Positions 9,024 through 20,096 are shown, numbered from the stretch's first letter. The stretch is 48,046 nt of DNA from an uncultured Thiotrichales bacterium (GCA_938041655.1 CALISW010000084.1:1-48046); one strand, 5' to 3'. Program-made: numbers and translations. The notes: a model not told the origin generated them from the letters alone.

Positions 9024-11453
9024 TTAAACTTCGTAATCGCGCAAGGTTTCTTCGAGCTCTTTCATACTTTGGAACCTGTCTTCAGGTTTGACTGCCATCA
9101 TTTTCATGACGATATTGCTCAATGGCAGTGGCACTTTGTCATTCACTTTGTGTACTGGATCGATTTTTCCATGCACGTGTTGGTATAAAACCGCCATATT
9201 GTCATCACCGGCAAAAGCGGTGATGCCGCTCAGCATTTCATAAAATATGATGCCCAAACTGTAGATATCTGTGCGGGGTCCCAGGTCTTTACCCAAAACT
9301 TGCTCAGGCGCCATATAACGAGGGGTACCGATCAAAATCCCCGTTTTGGTAAGTTTGGTATCACTACCGGTTTGTGCAGCGGAAATACCAAAATCGACGA
9401 TTTTCACCTGATCTTTATTATCGACCAGAATATTACCTGGCTTGATATCGCGGTGGATAACGCCCATTTCATGCGCCACTTCCAGTCCGGCAGCAACATC
9501 CGCCGTAATATTGATGGCGCGCTGAAAGTCCATCGGTTTATGCGCTTCCATATCAGCCGAGAGACTCAGCGACGGGAAGTACTCCATGGAAATCGCATAC
9601 AGGCTGCCAACCTGCAAGAAATCATAAATTCGAATAACATTTTTATGCTGGATTTTTCGTGCAAAGCGTAGTTCACGTATAAAGCGTTTGATCATTGATT
9701 CTTCGAGCGCCATCTTTTGATGCAACACTTTGAGAATCATCTGCTCATCAATCACTGTATCCTCTACCAGCAATACGGTACTGAACGCACCCTTACCGAT
9801 GCGTCGCACAAAGGTGTAACGATCTGACAGCTCATCACCAGGACTGAGACCTTTAATATTGACCTCACCCTCATTATTAATAGTAAGCGTCTCACCTGGT
9901 TCAGGCTTCGGCTTCGGTGTTGGTTGACCCGTTTTTCGTTTTGATTGTTTCGCCCTACCCGGCTCCTGGATAACCTGACTTAACTCATTTACGCTTTCTT
10001 CGAAGATATCACTAATGTCGACACTCATGCGCTTCTCAATGCGCTCCAGACTTTCGGCAGCTGCCTCTTGCACCTCTTCTACCGAAAGCTTCGCTCGTTT
10101 CTTAATCGCGGTTTTAATATCATCAGCGCGTACACTATCGACTAAGGCCGACAAGGTATACATTGCCTCAATAATAATATTGGGGTCTTCACTTTCCAGC
10201 ATTTGCTGTACTTCAGGCACCGACTTGGAATCGGCTAAGGTACTTAAACCACGCAACACCACGGGTGCTGCCTGGGTATCGCGCTTCATCAAATTAATCA
10301 GACCAGGGACGGCTTTGGCGTTGCCAATATTCGCCAGCGCATCAATCGCACGTTCGCGCACCCACCAGTCAGAATCATCCAGTGCTTTAATCAGCTCGTC
10401 GAGCGCTGCTTCACTTTTAGTCGAATTAAGAATTTCAATCGCGGCACGACGTACATATTCATCTTTGCTGCGAATCAATTTAACCACGGCGTTAACCACA
10501 CGCGGTCCACCAATCTGCGCCAGCGCATCGGCTGCTCGGGCACGCACCCACCAATCGGTATCTTTGAGCGCACCGAGCAAATCTTCGATCGCATTGGGGT
10601 ACTGCATGCCATTGAGGACTTCAACAGCACCACGCCTGACGTATTCAGACTCGTCTTTAAGCAGGTCGATTAAGTATTTTACTGTTTTAGGGTCATTGCG
10701 CTTGATTACGGCATCAACGGCGCGAGTCTGGATATTGTAATCATCATCCTTGATCAAGGTACACAAGACGCCAATGTCTACCTTGGTATTGATTTTTTCC
10801 AATGCCTCAAGCGCCTCAAAACGTATGGTTTTACTCTTATCTGTTAAGCGGCCCAACAAAGCATTACGTGATTGCGGTGTATTGAAATGCGCCAGCAACT
10901 TAACCACGCCTAAACGAGTATTCGGGTCTTTAGCCGAGACACGACTCACCAGTTCAGGCACGATTGCCTCATCCTGGCAATCTTCCAACAAACGAAACAA
11001 CGCCAGTCGCTCACCGGGCTGCAAGGTACCGGTTTTACGAATCAGTGCAACCGGGTTAACCCGGTTTTTATGCGCGCGAAGAATTTTTAAGAGCGCTGTC
11101 TTGGCGGTTTCGCTGTTATCGAACAAGGTCAATAAAGCAGTTGGATCATATCCCGTGTTTTTTGAGAGTACGTCAACCGTGGTAGCAACAACTTTCGGGT
11201 GCGCCTCGGAGTGCAAACCGCTAAAAAAAGCCGGCAGTGTGGCAGTATCAACCATCTGATCGAGAATCTGATGGATACGTCGGTCGACGCTATCTTCAGC
11301 AGAAGGAATTTTTTCGATGAGTTTGGGAATCGTAGCCGCTGGCTCGGCACGTAATTTACGAATACTGGAGCTGAACCCTGGATCATTTACATCAGGCGCA
11401 GACAAGCACTTATCCAAATGCTTGTCTATCCTTAGAGTTCCGAGTAATCCCAC
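9024..11453 (-). CDS. HEAT-repeat protein fused to a C-terminal Hanks-type Ser/Thr protein kinase
   Basis: About 31-aa HEAT-like repeats (DxxxxVRxxAxxAL). Kinase motifs IGKGAFSTV, ILK, alphaC Glu (RFIRE), HRDIKPGN, DFG, GTPRYMAPE, DIYSLG. No TM segment or signal peptide seen. GTG start. Confidence 0.92.
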   Translation of the reverse strand: MGLLGTLRIDKHLDKCLSAPDVNDPGFSSSIRKLRAEPAATIPKLIEKIPSAEDSVDRRIHQILDQMVDTATLPAFFSGLHSEAHPKVVATTVDVLSKNTGYDPTALLTLFDNSETAKTALLKILRAHKNRVNPVALIRKTGTLQPGERLALFRLLEDCQDEAIVPELVSRVSAKDPNTRLGVVKLLAHFNTPQSRNALLGRLTDKSKTIRFEALEALEKINTKVDIGVLCTLIKDDDYNIQTRAVDAVIKRNDPKTVKYLIDLLKDESEYVRRGAVEVLNGMQYPNAIEDLLGALKDTDWWVRARAADALAQIGGPRVVNAVVKLIRSKDEYVRRAAIEILNSTKSEAALDELIKALDDSDWWVRERAIDALANIGNAKAVPGLINLMKRDTQAAPVVLRGLSTLADSKSVPEVQQMLESEDPNIIIEAMYTLSALVDSVRADDIKTAIKKRAKLSVEEVQEAAAESLERIEKRMSVDISDIFEESVNELSQVIQEPGRAKQSKRKTGQPTPKPKPEPGETLTINNEGEVNIKGLSPGDELSDRYTFVRRIGKGAFSTVLLVEDTVIDEQMILKVLHQKMALEESMIKRFIRELRFARKIQHKNVIRIYDFLQVGSLYAISMEYFPSLSLSADMEAHKPMDFQRAINITADVAAGLEVAHEMGVIHRDIKPGNILVDNKDQVKIVDFGISAAQTGSDTKLTKTGILIGTPRYMAPEQVLGKDLGPRTDIYSLGIIFYEMLSGITAFAGDDNMAVLYQHVHGKIDPVHKVNDKVPLPLSNIVMKMMAVKPEDRFQSMKELEETLRDYEV

Positions 11454-11499
11454 AGTATTATTCCATTAATTCAAATGCAACACAGCTATTCCTTGCGCG

Positions 11500-11967
11500 C
11501 TATTGAGTGGTCACCTTGTTAATAAAATCTTTATTAGCCAGTACGTAATTATTTTCTGTATCAGCGATGGTGATAAACAATTTATCTTCGCGATTCAGAT
11601 AGTCAAACAATCGAGCGCTTTCTTCCGGCAGCAAAGCACTGACATCGCCATGTACTTCACGCTTGTCATTCATCGTAATACAAACACTTGCCGTAAAATT
11701 CTCGACGGCTTGTGGCTGTTTTAGTTCACCGCGTTGATAAATCAACCTCAAAATACTGTCCTTGCCTATAAAACAAATCCCTGCTTGATCTTCATCAAAT
11801 ACGATGAACCGCCTTCGGTCATTGACCAAATCAGCGGGAGTTTCCGGATAGCCGGTTTCGTCTTTCGCAAAATGCAGAAAAACGTTGCCCTTGAGGGTTT
11901 TTTCGTCACGCATCTCCAGCACGACGGGAAAACACTTTTTTTGAACAATAAACCGAGTGTCAACCAT
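11500..11967 (-). CDS. Hypothetical protein made of two internal ~65-aa repeats (resembles DUF6812-type proteins)
   Basis: ATG with GGGG RBS; fills the gap co-directionally. The halves align on V.x.M.D....G.V, D..N....FI and KD.I. The DUF assignment is from memory only. Confidence 0.75.
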   Translation of the reverse strand: MVDTRFIVQKKCFPVVLEMRDEKTLKGNVFLHFAKDETGYPETPADLVNDRRRFIVFDEDQAGICFIGKDSILRLIYQRGELKQPQAVENFTASVCITMNDKREVHGDVSALLPEESARLFDYLNREDKLFITIADTENNYVLANKDFINKVTTQ

Positions 11968-12049
11968 ATAATTTTACCCCTAAAAGCAAAGCAGATAAGG
12001 CCTCATTATGAGAGCAATTACACCAAATACACATGTTTTTTACATCTTG

Positions 12050-14851
12050 TCAGCTTATACGCTCGTTTAGCTTCCAGGCAGCCGTTGCCGGTGCTTTGGC
12101 ACCCAGAATCATCTCACAAGTCTCTTCTCTACTCAGATTTTGTAACAATCTTGGTTTTGAGATAACGTGGCCCTGCGCAAAATCCACATCCAGACGGGCC
12201 AACTCGTCCCTGACTTCTTCAGATTCTACATATTCTGCAATAGTCTGCAGACTCATAGTATGACCGACATCATTAATTGCGCTGATCATGGCCCGGTCGA
12301 CCTTGTCTTCAAGCATATCCAGAACAAAATTGCCGTCTATTTTGAGAAAATCGACTGGCAAGGTTTTGAGATAGGCGAATGAACTCAAGCCACTACCAAA
12401 ATCATCCAGCGCAAAACGGCAGCCCAGCTGACGCAACTCACGCATAAACACCGCTGCCGAGGCTAAATTCGAGATTGCTGCAGTCTCTGTTATTTCAAAA
12501 CAAATCGAAGAGGCTGGCACCTGGTACTTCTCAAATAATGACTTGATGTAATCCAGTGTGGTGGTCGAATTGATGGTCAAACCGGATAAATTAATCGCCA
12601 TGACGAGTTCAGTTGAATAGCCTTCAGATTCGTACCACTGGAATGCTGAATTCACCACCCAACGATCTATCTCAGGCATCAAACTGTAGCGTTCGGCCGA
12701 AGGCAAAAAGGCGCCTGGCAAAATAGAATTGCCATTTTCATCGCGCATGCGCAATAAAATCTCGATGTGTCTTTGCGCTATTGCTTCTACCCGGCTGACC
12801 GGCACGATATCTTGGTAATACAACTCGAATCTTTGTTGCTCCAAAGCCTCTGTAATTCTTGAAGCCCAATCCATCTCGGCACGTCGGCGGTGTAAATCTT
12901 TATCGCTTTCCAGATAGGTGTGAATGCGATTACGCCCTAAATCTTTCGCCGCGTAACATGCGATGTCTGCCGCACTCAAAAGTGACTGCACGCCCTCGCT
13001 ATGCTTGGTGACCGGCACCAGTCCAATACTGGTACCCACATCAAATGATTTCTCGCCCCAGACAAAACGAAATTCTTTCGATGTCATGCGTAATTTGTCA
13101 GCAATCTCTTCGCCTTTTTTAATCGAACATCCTGGTAGTAAAATACCGAACTCATCACCACCTAATCGCGCCAGCACATCACTACCACGCAAGGTCTCTC
13201 TAAATAATTGGGCTATCTGTTTTAACAACTCATCACCGGCGCTATGACCACAGGTATCATTCACCAGCTTGAACTGATCCAGATCAATATACATGAGCAC
13301 ATGTTCTTCTTCGGTCTGCTCGGTACTGTTGAGCAAGTTTTGTAATCGACTTTCAAACTCGCGTCGATTCATCAGACTGGTGAGCGCATCGTGCCGCGCC
13401 TGATACTCGAGTTCTTCCTGCAGCGCACGTTTTTCGGTGACGTCATGAAATACAATGACATAACCAATAACCTTGTCGGCTAAATCCCGAATCGGAGAAA
13501 CGTTGTAGTTGATGACCGCGATACTGCCATCCAGAGAATAAAGCTCACCCAGCAATTGGCGTGACTCATGGTTACTACCAGACTCACTGAAAAAATTATT
13601 GATCGGGTCATCCAGCCACTGCCCTAGAACTTCCGAATGCACTTTGAATACATCGGCCAGAGGTTGATAGCGCGCCTCGGTGTGCGACCAGCCGGTCAGT
13701 TGTTCTGCCACCTTGTTTAGAAAATCTATTCTGCCGTTGGTATTGGTCGTGACTACCGCGTCACCGATCGACTGCAGCGTCACCATGGCACGTTCGCGTT
13801 CTTTATCCAACGCTTCATTTATCGCATACATCGAAGACATGTCCAGCAAATAGCCATCCAGATGCTTGAGCTTCTTCTTTTTATCAAACACCGGCATGCT
13901 GTAGTTACTGACCCAGCAATAACTGCCGTCTGCTTGCTTAAGACGATAGTCAACACGCACGTCGGTCTGGTTTTTTTCCATGTCGAGCATAACTTTTTCG
14001 ACTTGTCCGAGATCGGTCGGATGAATTAACGAGGCAAACTCAATTCCGGCTGCCACCATTTTCTGGCTGTCATAACCAAACTGTCGAATATTGTCCGAGA
14101 CCCACTCCAGCAACCAGTTGCCACCAGCAACACAACGGTACATCACCACCGGTCCTTGCCTGAACAAACGTCGATCACGATTAAGTTCTGTTTCAGATTC
14201 CAGTCGCTGTTTGATCTGGGCTTCCAAATCGGAGTGATTACGCTCCAGCTCATTGGTGAGCTGCTTGTTATGACGTCGCAGTACATAATCATTATTGAAC
14301 AAACTACTTACCTGATTCACCAGGTAGAGCAACAAAGCACTAAAGCAGGTCAGCAATACCGCCACCCACTTGAAACCACCAGGCGCATCGACCAAACACC
14401 AAAGTATAACCGGCAGCATCATTGGCAACAGGAACAACCAGAAACCCAATGGTCTCGGTGCATGAAGAAACATCGCACCAAGGGCAACACCAGACAAAAA
14501 CAAGATGACACTAAAGTGTAGTGTCTGCGTGTTTTCAGGTGGCATAAAGAAAATCAGCATGCCCCAGATACAGCCAGCAATAAACGTACTAAAGTTGAAG
14601 AGTTGTATATTAACGGGGCGATAGGCAACAGGCGTTAGCGCCACCAGCTTGGTAATCCAGTAATACCGACCAGCATTGATTAGCAAGTGCGCCGCCAGCC
14701 AGTAATGCAACCACGCATCTTTGGTTTGAAACCAGAGAAATAAATATATAGCCACGCCAAAACACAATCCAGTCAACTGAATATTGGCGGCATCTTTTGA
14801 AACCTGCCTGTGATTATCTAGCGCGGAGGCTGCTGAGCCATCACCGAACAA
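12050..14851 (-). CDS. Membrane-bound PAS-PAS-GGDEF-EAL diguanylate cyclase/phosphodiesterase
   Basis: N-terminal TM helices, coiled coil, two PAS domains, DLDQFK, RGSD I-site, GGDEF, EILLR, EITET, DDFGSG, KID, AEYVE. The TTG start is uncertain. Confidence 0.92.
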   Translation of the reverse strand: MFGDGSAASALDNHRQVSKDAANIQLTGLCFGVAIYLFLWFQTKDAWLHYWLAAHLLINAGRYYWITKLVALTPVAYRPVNIQLFNFSTFIAGCIWGMLIFFMPPENTQTLHFSVILFLSGVALGAMFLHAPRPLGFWLFLLPMMLPVILWCLVDAPGGFKWVAVLLTCFSALLLYLVNQVSSLFNNDYVLRRHNKQLTNELERNHSDLEAQIKQRLESETELNRDRRLFRQGPVVMYRCVAGGNWLLEWVSDNIRQFGYDSQKMVAAGIEFASLIHPTDLGQVEKVMLDMEKNQTDVRVDYRLKQADGSYCWVSNYSMPVFDKKKKLKHLDGYLLDMSSMYAINEALDKERERAMVTLQSIGDAVVTTNTNGRIDFLNKVAEQLTGWSHTEARYQPLADVFKVHSEVLGQWLDDPINNFFSESGSNHESRQLLGELYSLDGSIAVINYNVSPIRDLADKVIGYVIVFHDVTEKRALQEELEYQARHDALTSLMNRREFESRLQNLLNSTEQTEEEHVLMYIDLDQFKLVNDTCGHSAGDELLKQIAQLFRETLRGSDVLARLGGDEFGILLPGCSIKKGEEIADKLRMTSKEFRFVWGEKSFDVGTSIGLVPVTKHSEGVQSLLSAADIACYAAKDLGRNRIHTYLESDKDLHRRRAEMDWASRITEALEQQRFELYYQDIVPVSRVEAIAQRHIEILLRMRDENGNSILPGAFLPSAERYSLMPEIDRWVVNSAFQWYESEGYSTELVMAINLSGLTINSTTTLDYIKSLFEKYQVPASSICFEITETAAISNLASAAVFMRELRQLGCRFALDDFGSGLSSFAYLKTLPVDFLKIDGNFVLDMLEDKVDRAMISAINDVGHTMSLQTIAEYVESEEVRDELARLDVDFAQGHVISKPRLLQNLSREETCEMILGAKAPATAAWKLNERIS

Positions 14852-14997
14852 ATTCTTGCGACTGGAAATAACTGGATCCTTTACTTTGAAAGAACGGGCT
14901 GTGATTAGTGAACCGTATTTAACACAGACGCGTAAAGTGGCGAATAGTATATAAAAAAAAGACGCTCACACACAGCGCCAACAAGCTGCTGACCCAT

Positions 14998-15033
14998 AAA
15001 AAAGCCCTGTTTAACAAAGTTAAACAGGGCTTT
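14998..15033 (-). terminator. Rho-independent terminator of groESL
   Basis: Perfect 15-bp stem AAAGCCCTGTTTAAC/GTTAAACAGGGCTTT with a 3-nt loop, ending in a T-run on the minus strand, just after the groEL stop. Confidence 0.9.
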
Positions 15034-15051
15034 AGGTGTAAAGCGGATGGT

Positions 15052-16743
<1,692 letters not shown>

Positions 16744-17037
16744 TTAACCGACAACCGCAATGATGTCTTCTTCTTTCATGACCAGCAGTTCTTCACCATC
16801 AATTTTGACCTCAGTACCTGCGTACTGGCCAAACAGAATCTGATCACCCACTTTTACGTCGAGTTCATAGACAGTGCCATTCTCAACTTTGCCGTTACCA
16901 ATCGCGAGCACTTCGCCGCTGTTTGGTTTTTCTGTTGCACTACCAGGCAGCACAATTCCACCTGCACTGACAGTTTCTTCTTCTAAACGACGCACAATTA
17001 CGCGGTCGTGTAAGGGACGTATTTTTAACTTAGCCAT
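16744..17037 (-). CDS. groS: Co-chaperonin GroES
   Basis: [19 protein letters not shown]; directly upstream of groEL. Confidence 0.99.
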   Translation of the reverse strand: MAKLKIRPLHDRVIVRRLEEETVSAGGIVLPGSATEKPNSGEVLAIGNGKVENGTVYELDVKVGDQILFGQYAGTEVKIDGEELLVMKEEDIIAVVG

Positions 17038-17101
17038 ATTTCACCACTCCTAAGTGATTGAATTAAATAATTATTATCTTAATTTTGATGCTATTTATGC
17101 A

Positions 17102-17128
17102 TTAGCACTCTATTTAAGAGAGTGCTAA
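17102..17128. promoter_or_regulatory. CIRCE element (HrcA operator)
   Basis: Exact TTAGCACTC-N9(TATTTAAGA)-GAGTGCTAA, about 65 bp upstream of groES. Confidence 0.95.
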
Positions 17129-17156
17129 TAATAGGGCCGAAACAGAAGAAGTCAAG
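17128..17156 (-). promoter_or_regulatory. groES promoter: sigma32-like CTTGAC-N14-CCCTAT overlapping sigma70-like TTGACT-N16-TATTAT
   Basis: The minus strand reads CTTGACttcttctgtttcggCCCTATtat immediately before CIRCE. Confidence 0.65.
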
Positions 17157-17619
17157 TCTTGTCGTGATCGTCAGTAGATTTCCGGGTGTGGTCTTCAAAA
17201 ACTCGACCGGAAGAAGACTGCTGTCCGGGAGGCTGGTCGGGTCTCAAGACCGTTGTTCTGGCTTTGATATAGCCACCGAAGCGAGCCATTAGCCAACGTA
17301 TAATCGGCTTACGCGTGAATGGAATCAGACATAAAAAACCAATCGTATCGGTGACAAACCCCGGTGTCAGCAACAGCGCCCCACCAAAAACCAACGCCAC
17401 ACCTTCCAGCATTTCCTGTGCAGGAATCTTGCCACTCATAATAGTCGACTGATAGCGACCGAGCATGGCAAACCCTTGTTGCTTGAGTAACCACACGCCG
17501 GTAACCGCGGTGAAGATAACCATGAAAATGGTAGGCATCGTACCGATGAACGTATGCACCTTGAGCAGCACATAAATCTCAAGAATCGGTAAACCTATAA
17601 ATATAAAGAGAAGAGGCAT
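17152..17619 (-). CDS. fxsA: FxsA family membrane protein
   Basis: PILEIYVL, GGALLLTPGFVTDTIG; conserved position upstream of groES. MPLLF (ATG 17619) is the likely start. Confidence 0.9.
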   Translation of the reverse strand: MPLLFIFIGLPILEIYVLLKVHTFIGTMPTIFMVIFTAVTGVWLLKQQGFAMLGRYQSTIMSGKIPAQEMLEGVALVFGGALLLTPGFVTDTIGFLCLIPFTRKPIIRWLMARFGGYIKARTTVLRPDQPPGQQSSSGRVFEDHTRKSTDDHDKT

Positions 17620-17743
17620 TTTTATAATGTGGGTGCAGTGCAACAGAATTGCAAGTGAAAGAATCGAATTTCATGCATCAAGAGAATGAATCCGGTAGGA
17701 TTGCTGCCGGTATTTTGATGAAAAACAAAAACAGGAAAAAAGC

Positions 17744-18850
17744 ATGAGCAAGTACAAGATAGCCATTTTGGCGGGTGATGGAATTGGTCCGGAAATCACA
17801 GAAGAAGCCATTAAAGTGCTCAAAGTCATTGAGCAGCGTAACAATCTTGAACTGGAACTCATGCATACACCGTTTGGTGCCAGTGCCTATTTCTCTCATG
17901 GCCACCCCTACCCGGATGAAAGTAAAGCGGTTTGCGACCAGGCCGATGCGATTCTCAAAGGGCCGATAGGCTTAAGCCACGAGGCCTCCAAAGAAATACC
18001 TATCGATTTACAACCGGAACGCGGCGCCCTGTTACCAATGCGCGCCCGCTATAACACCTATGCCAATATTCGCCCGGTATCACTACCTAAAGGCTTGGCA
18101 CACTTCTCGCCACTCAAGCCCGAAGTCATCGGTGAAGGCATCGACATGATCATGATTCGTGAGCTGGTTGGCGGCCTTTACTTTGGCAGCAAAGAGACCG
18201 GCGTCAATGACGAAGGCCTGCGCTATGTCAAAGAAGCGCTTGAATACGATGAAAACCAGATTGCACAAATCCTGCACGAAGGTTTCAAAATCGCCATGCG
18301 TCGCAAGAAAGTATTGCACAATATTCACAAGAGTAACGTCCTGAAATCCAGCGTCTTGTGGAACGAGATCATGGATGAAGTAAAGCAGGAGTACCCCGAA
18401 GTAGAAGTCATACACATGCTGGTAGATGCAGCTGCCACTCATTTGTGCCTGAACCCAACCCAATTTGATGTAATGGTGATGGAAAATATGTTTGGCGACA
18501 TCCTCAGCGATCAGGGTGGCGGCATCCTCGGCTCACTGGGCCTGATGCCCTCTGCATGCCTTGGCCCTGAAAAAGCCTATTACGAACCTTCACACGGTTC
18601 GGCACCGGATATTGCCGGCAAAGGCATCGCCAACCCCTACTCAATGATTGGCTCAGTCGCGATGATGCTCGAATACAGCTTTGATATGTTTCAAGAAGCG
18701 GAAAATGTCTGGGCAGCCATGCAGGGCGTATTTAATGACGGTTATTCTACCGCTGATCTTTCCAAGCCCGGCGCTGGGGTCAACATGATTAGCACGGTAG
18801 AATTTGGTGACAAGGTAGTTGAGAAATTGTCGGCTATGCCAACGATTTAA
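17744..18850 (+). CDS. leuB: 3-isopropylmalate dehydrogenase
   Basis: LAGDGIGPEI, RELVGGLYFG, NMFGDILSD, EPSHGSAPDIAGKGIANP. Confidence 0.93.
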   Translation: MSKYKIAILAGDGIGPEITEEAIKVLKVIEQRNNLELELMHTPFGASAYFSHGHPYPDESKAVCDQADAILKGPIGLSHEASKEIPIDLQPERGALLPMRARYNTYANIRPVSLPKGLAHFSPLKPEVIGEGIDMIMIRELVGGLYFGSKETGVNDEGLRYVKEALEYDENQIAQILHEGFKIAMRRKKVLHNIHKSNVLKSSVLWNEIMDEVKQEYPEVEVIHMLVDAAATHLCLNPTQFDVMVMENMFGDILSDQGGGILGSLGLMPSACLGPEKAYYEPSHGSAPDIAGKGIANPYSMIGSVAMMLEYSFDMFQEAENVWAAMQGVFNDGYSTADLSKPGAGVNMISTVEFGDKVVEKLSAMPTI

Positions 18851-18954
18851 TGTCAGATGCCACTAGAGATTAGTCACATCTAGAGAAAAATTTACTAGCA
18901 GATCTAAAATACTGGGCATTCGCGCTGCGTATCTAAAACTCACAACAGTAGTAT

Positions 18955-20091
18955 GTGAGTATGAATATACAGTCTGCATTTAATAAGTTCACTGACTTAC
19001 CTCTTCCTGCCAGCATGGGTAGAAAGCTTGAGGCGTATGCGATGCATGACGTCATCACCGTTGGCAACGAAAAACAAAAAACATATCAAGGTACTGTTAA
19101 CTTTTGCGCCTGGAGTTGCATTTTCTGTATATGCATATCCACTTACTTCGGCTTCAACAATAATCTGGTTGGCTCATTGTTTCCTTTGCCATTTTTCATG
19201 ATCTCTGTTTGGGGTTATTACCTATTTAAACGCCTCAGCCAGAATCTGGTATTTGACTACATTAATGGTATCTACCACCACGGACAAATAAGCAATCACC
19301 ATCAAAAAAAACCAAAAGGACAAGGTGATATTCGAGAAATACAATGCCTGATAATTTCCAGAAAAAGAAACTCAGGTCACTATGACGAAGACACGAACAC
19401 CAGTAGCGAAGACTATGATTCCTACCGTTTGGAAATGGAGCTTCTAAATGGAACTAAAAAGGTCATTATGCATAGAGCGCGTTCAGGAAAACCTGTGTAT
19501 GCAACAGCAGCGCATCTAGCACAACGTATTGGGATTCCAGCCTATGATGCCGATGGGTTACTTAATACCTCAGATCACGATTTAGTTAAACAAACAACCA
19601 CCAAATCATCTCGCATTAATATTGACGATCAGGAAAAATACAAAGACAAAAAAAATTGGTTCGCAACTATCCTGATAGCCACGTTACTGGCTGGCGGATG
19701 GCATATAAGCTACAACAAAAATGAAACCAATGATGAAGTCAAACCTGAAACTGTAGTCAAAGCACCTCATGTGAGCGAAACCCTGCATCCACAAGTGTTG
19801 GAAAATCAGATCAAGAAATTTTATGCCACACGCCTGGGTCGCAATTACGTGATGACGTCAATTGATAAAATTGCCATCTTACCAATCGATGAGAAGTATT
19901 TTGAAATGCATGTGCGCTATCAGTTCGCACCGTCCAGACCAGGTGTTGGTTATGTTGGATCAGATCAACGGACATTCAAGGTGCGCATTAATAGTTATGA
20001 TGCCAATTCAGCCAGTATTTCAATATTGTCTATGGGCCAACATAATTCAGCAAATTTCGCTGTTGCAGAACTTAAGAAAGTGCTTAAATAA
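18955..20091 (+). CDS. Hypothetical membrane protein
   Basis: 378-aa ORF filling the gap, with two N-terminal hydrophobic segments and one central one. No recognised family. Start is GTG 18955 or ATG 18961. Confidence 0.7.
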   Translation: MSMNIQSAFNKFTDLPLPASMGRKLEAYAMHDVITVGNEKQKTYQGTVNFCAWSCIFCICISTYFGFNNNLVGSLFPLPFFMISVWGYYLFKRLSQNLVFDYINGIYHHGQISNHHQKKPKGQGDIREIQCLIISRKRNSGHYDEDTNTSSEDYDSYRLEMELLNGTKKVIMHRARSGKPVYATAAHLAQRIGIPAYDADGLLNTSDHDLVKQTTTKSSRINIDDQEKYKDKKNWFATILIATLLAGGWHISYNKNETNDEVKPETVVKAPHVSETLHPQVLENQIKKFYATRLGRNYVMTSIDKIAILPIDEKYFEMHVRYQFAPSRPGVGYVGSDQRTFKVRINSYDANSASISILSMGQHNSANFAVAELKKVLK

Positions 20092-20096
20092 AAGGA

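Noticed and set aside
10015-11259. Long plus-strand ORFs (241 aa and 169 aa) opposite the HEAT kinase
   Set aside because: Ser/Ala-rich antisense shadows of a repetitive coding region, with no recognisable motifs.
9024-11453. Kinase module as an anti-phage defence system
   Set aside because: No nuclease, toxin or other defence-island gene nearby; it cannot be excluded but nothing in the sequence supports it.
18855-18910. Cluster of CTAG/AGAT words after leuB
   Set aside because: No consistent inverted or direct repeat indicating an IS end or terminator.
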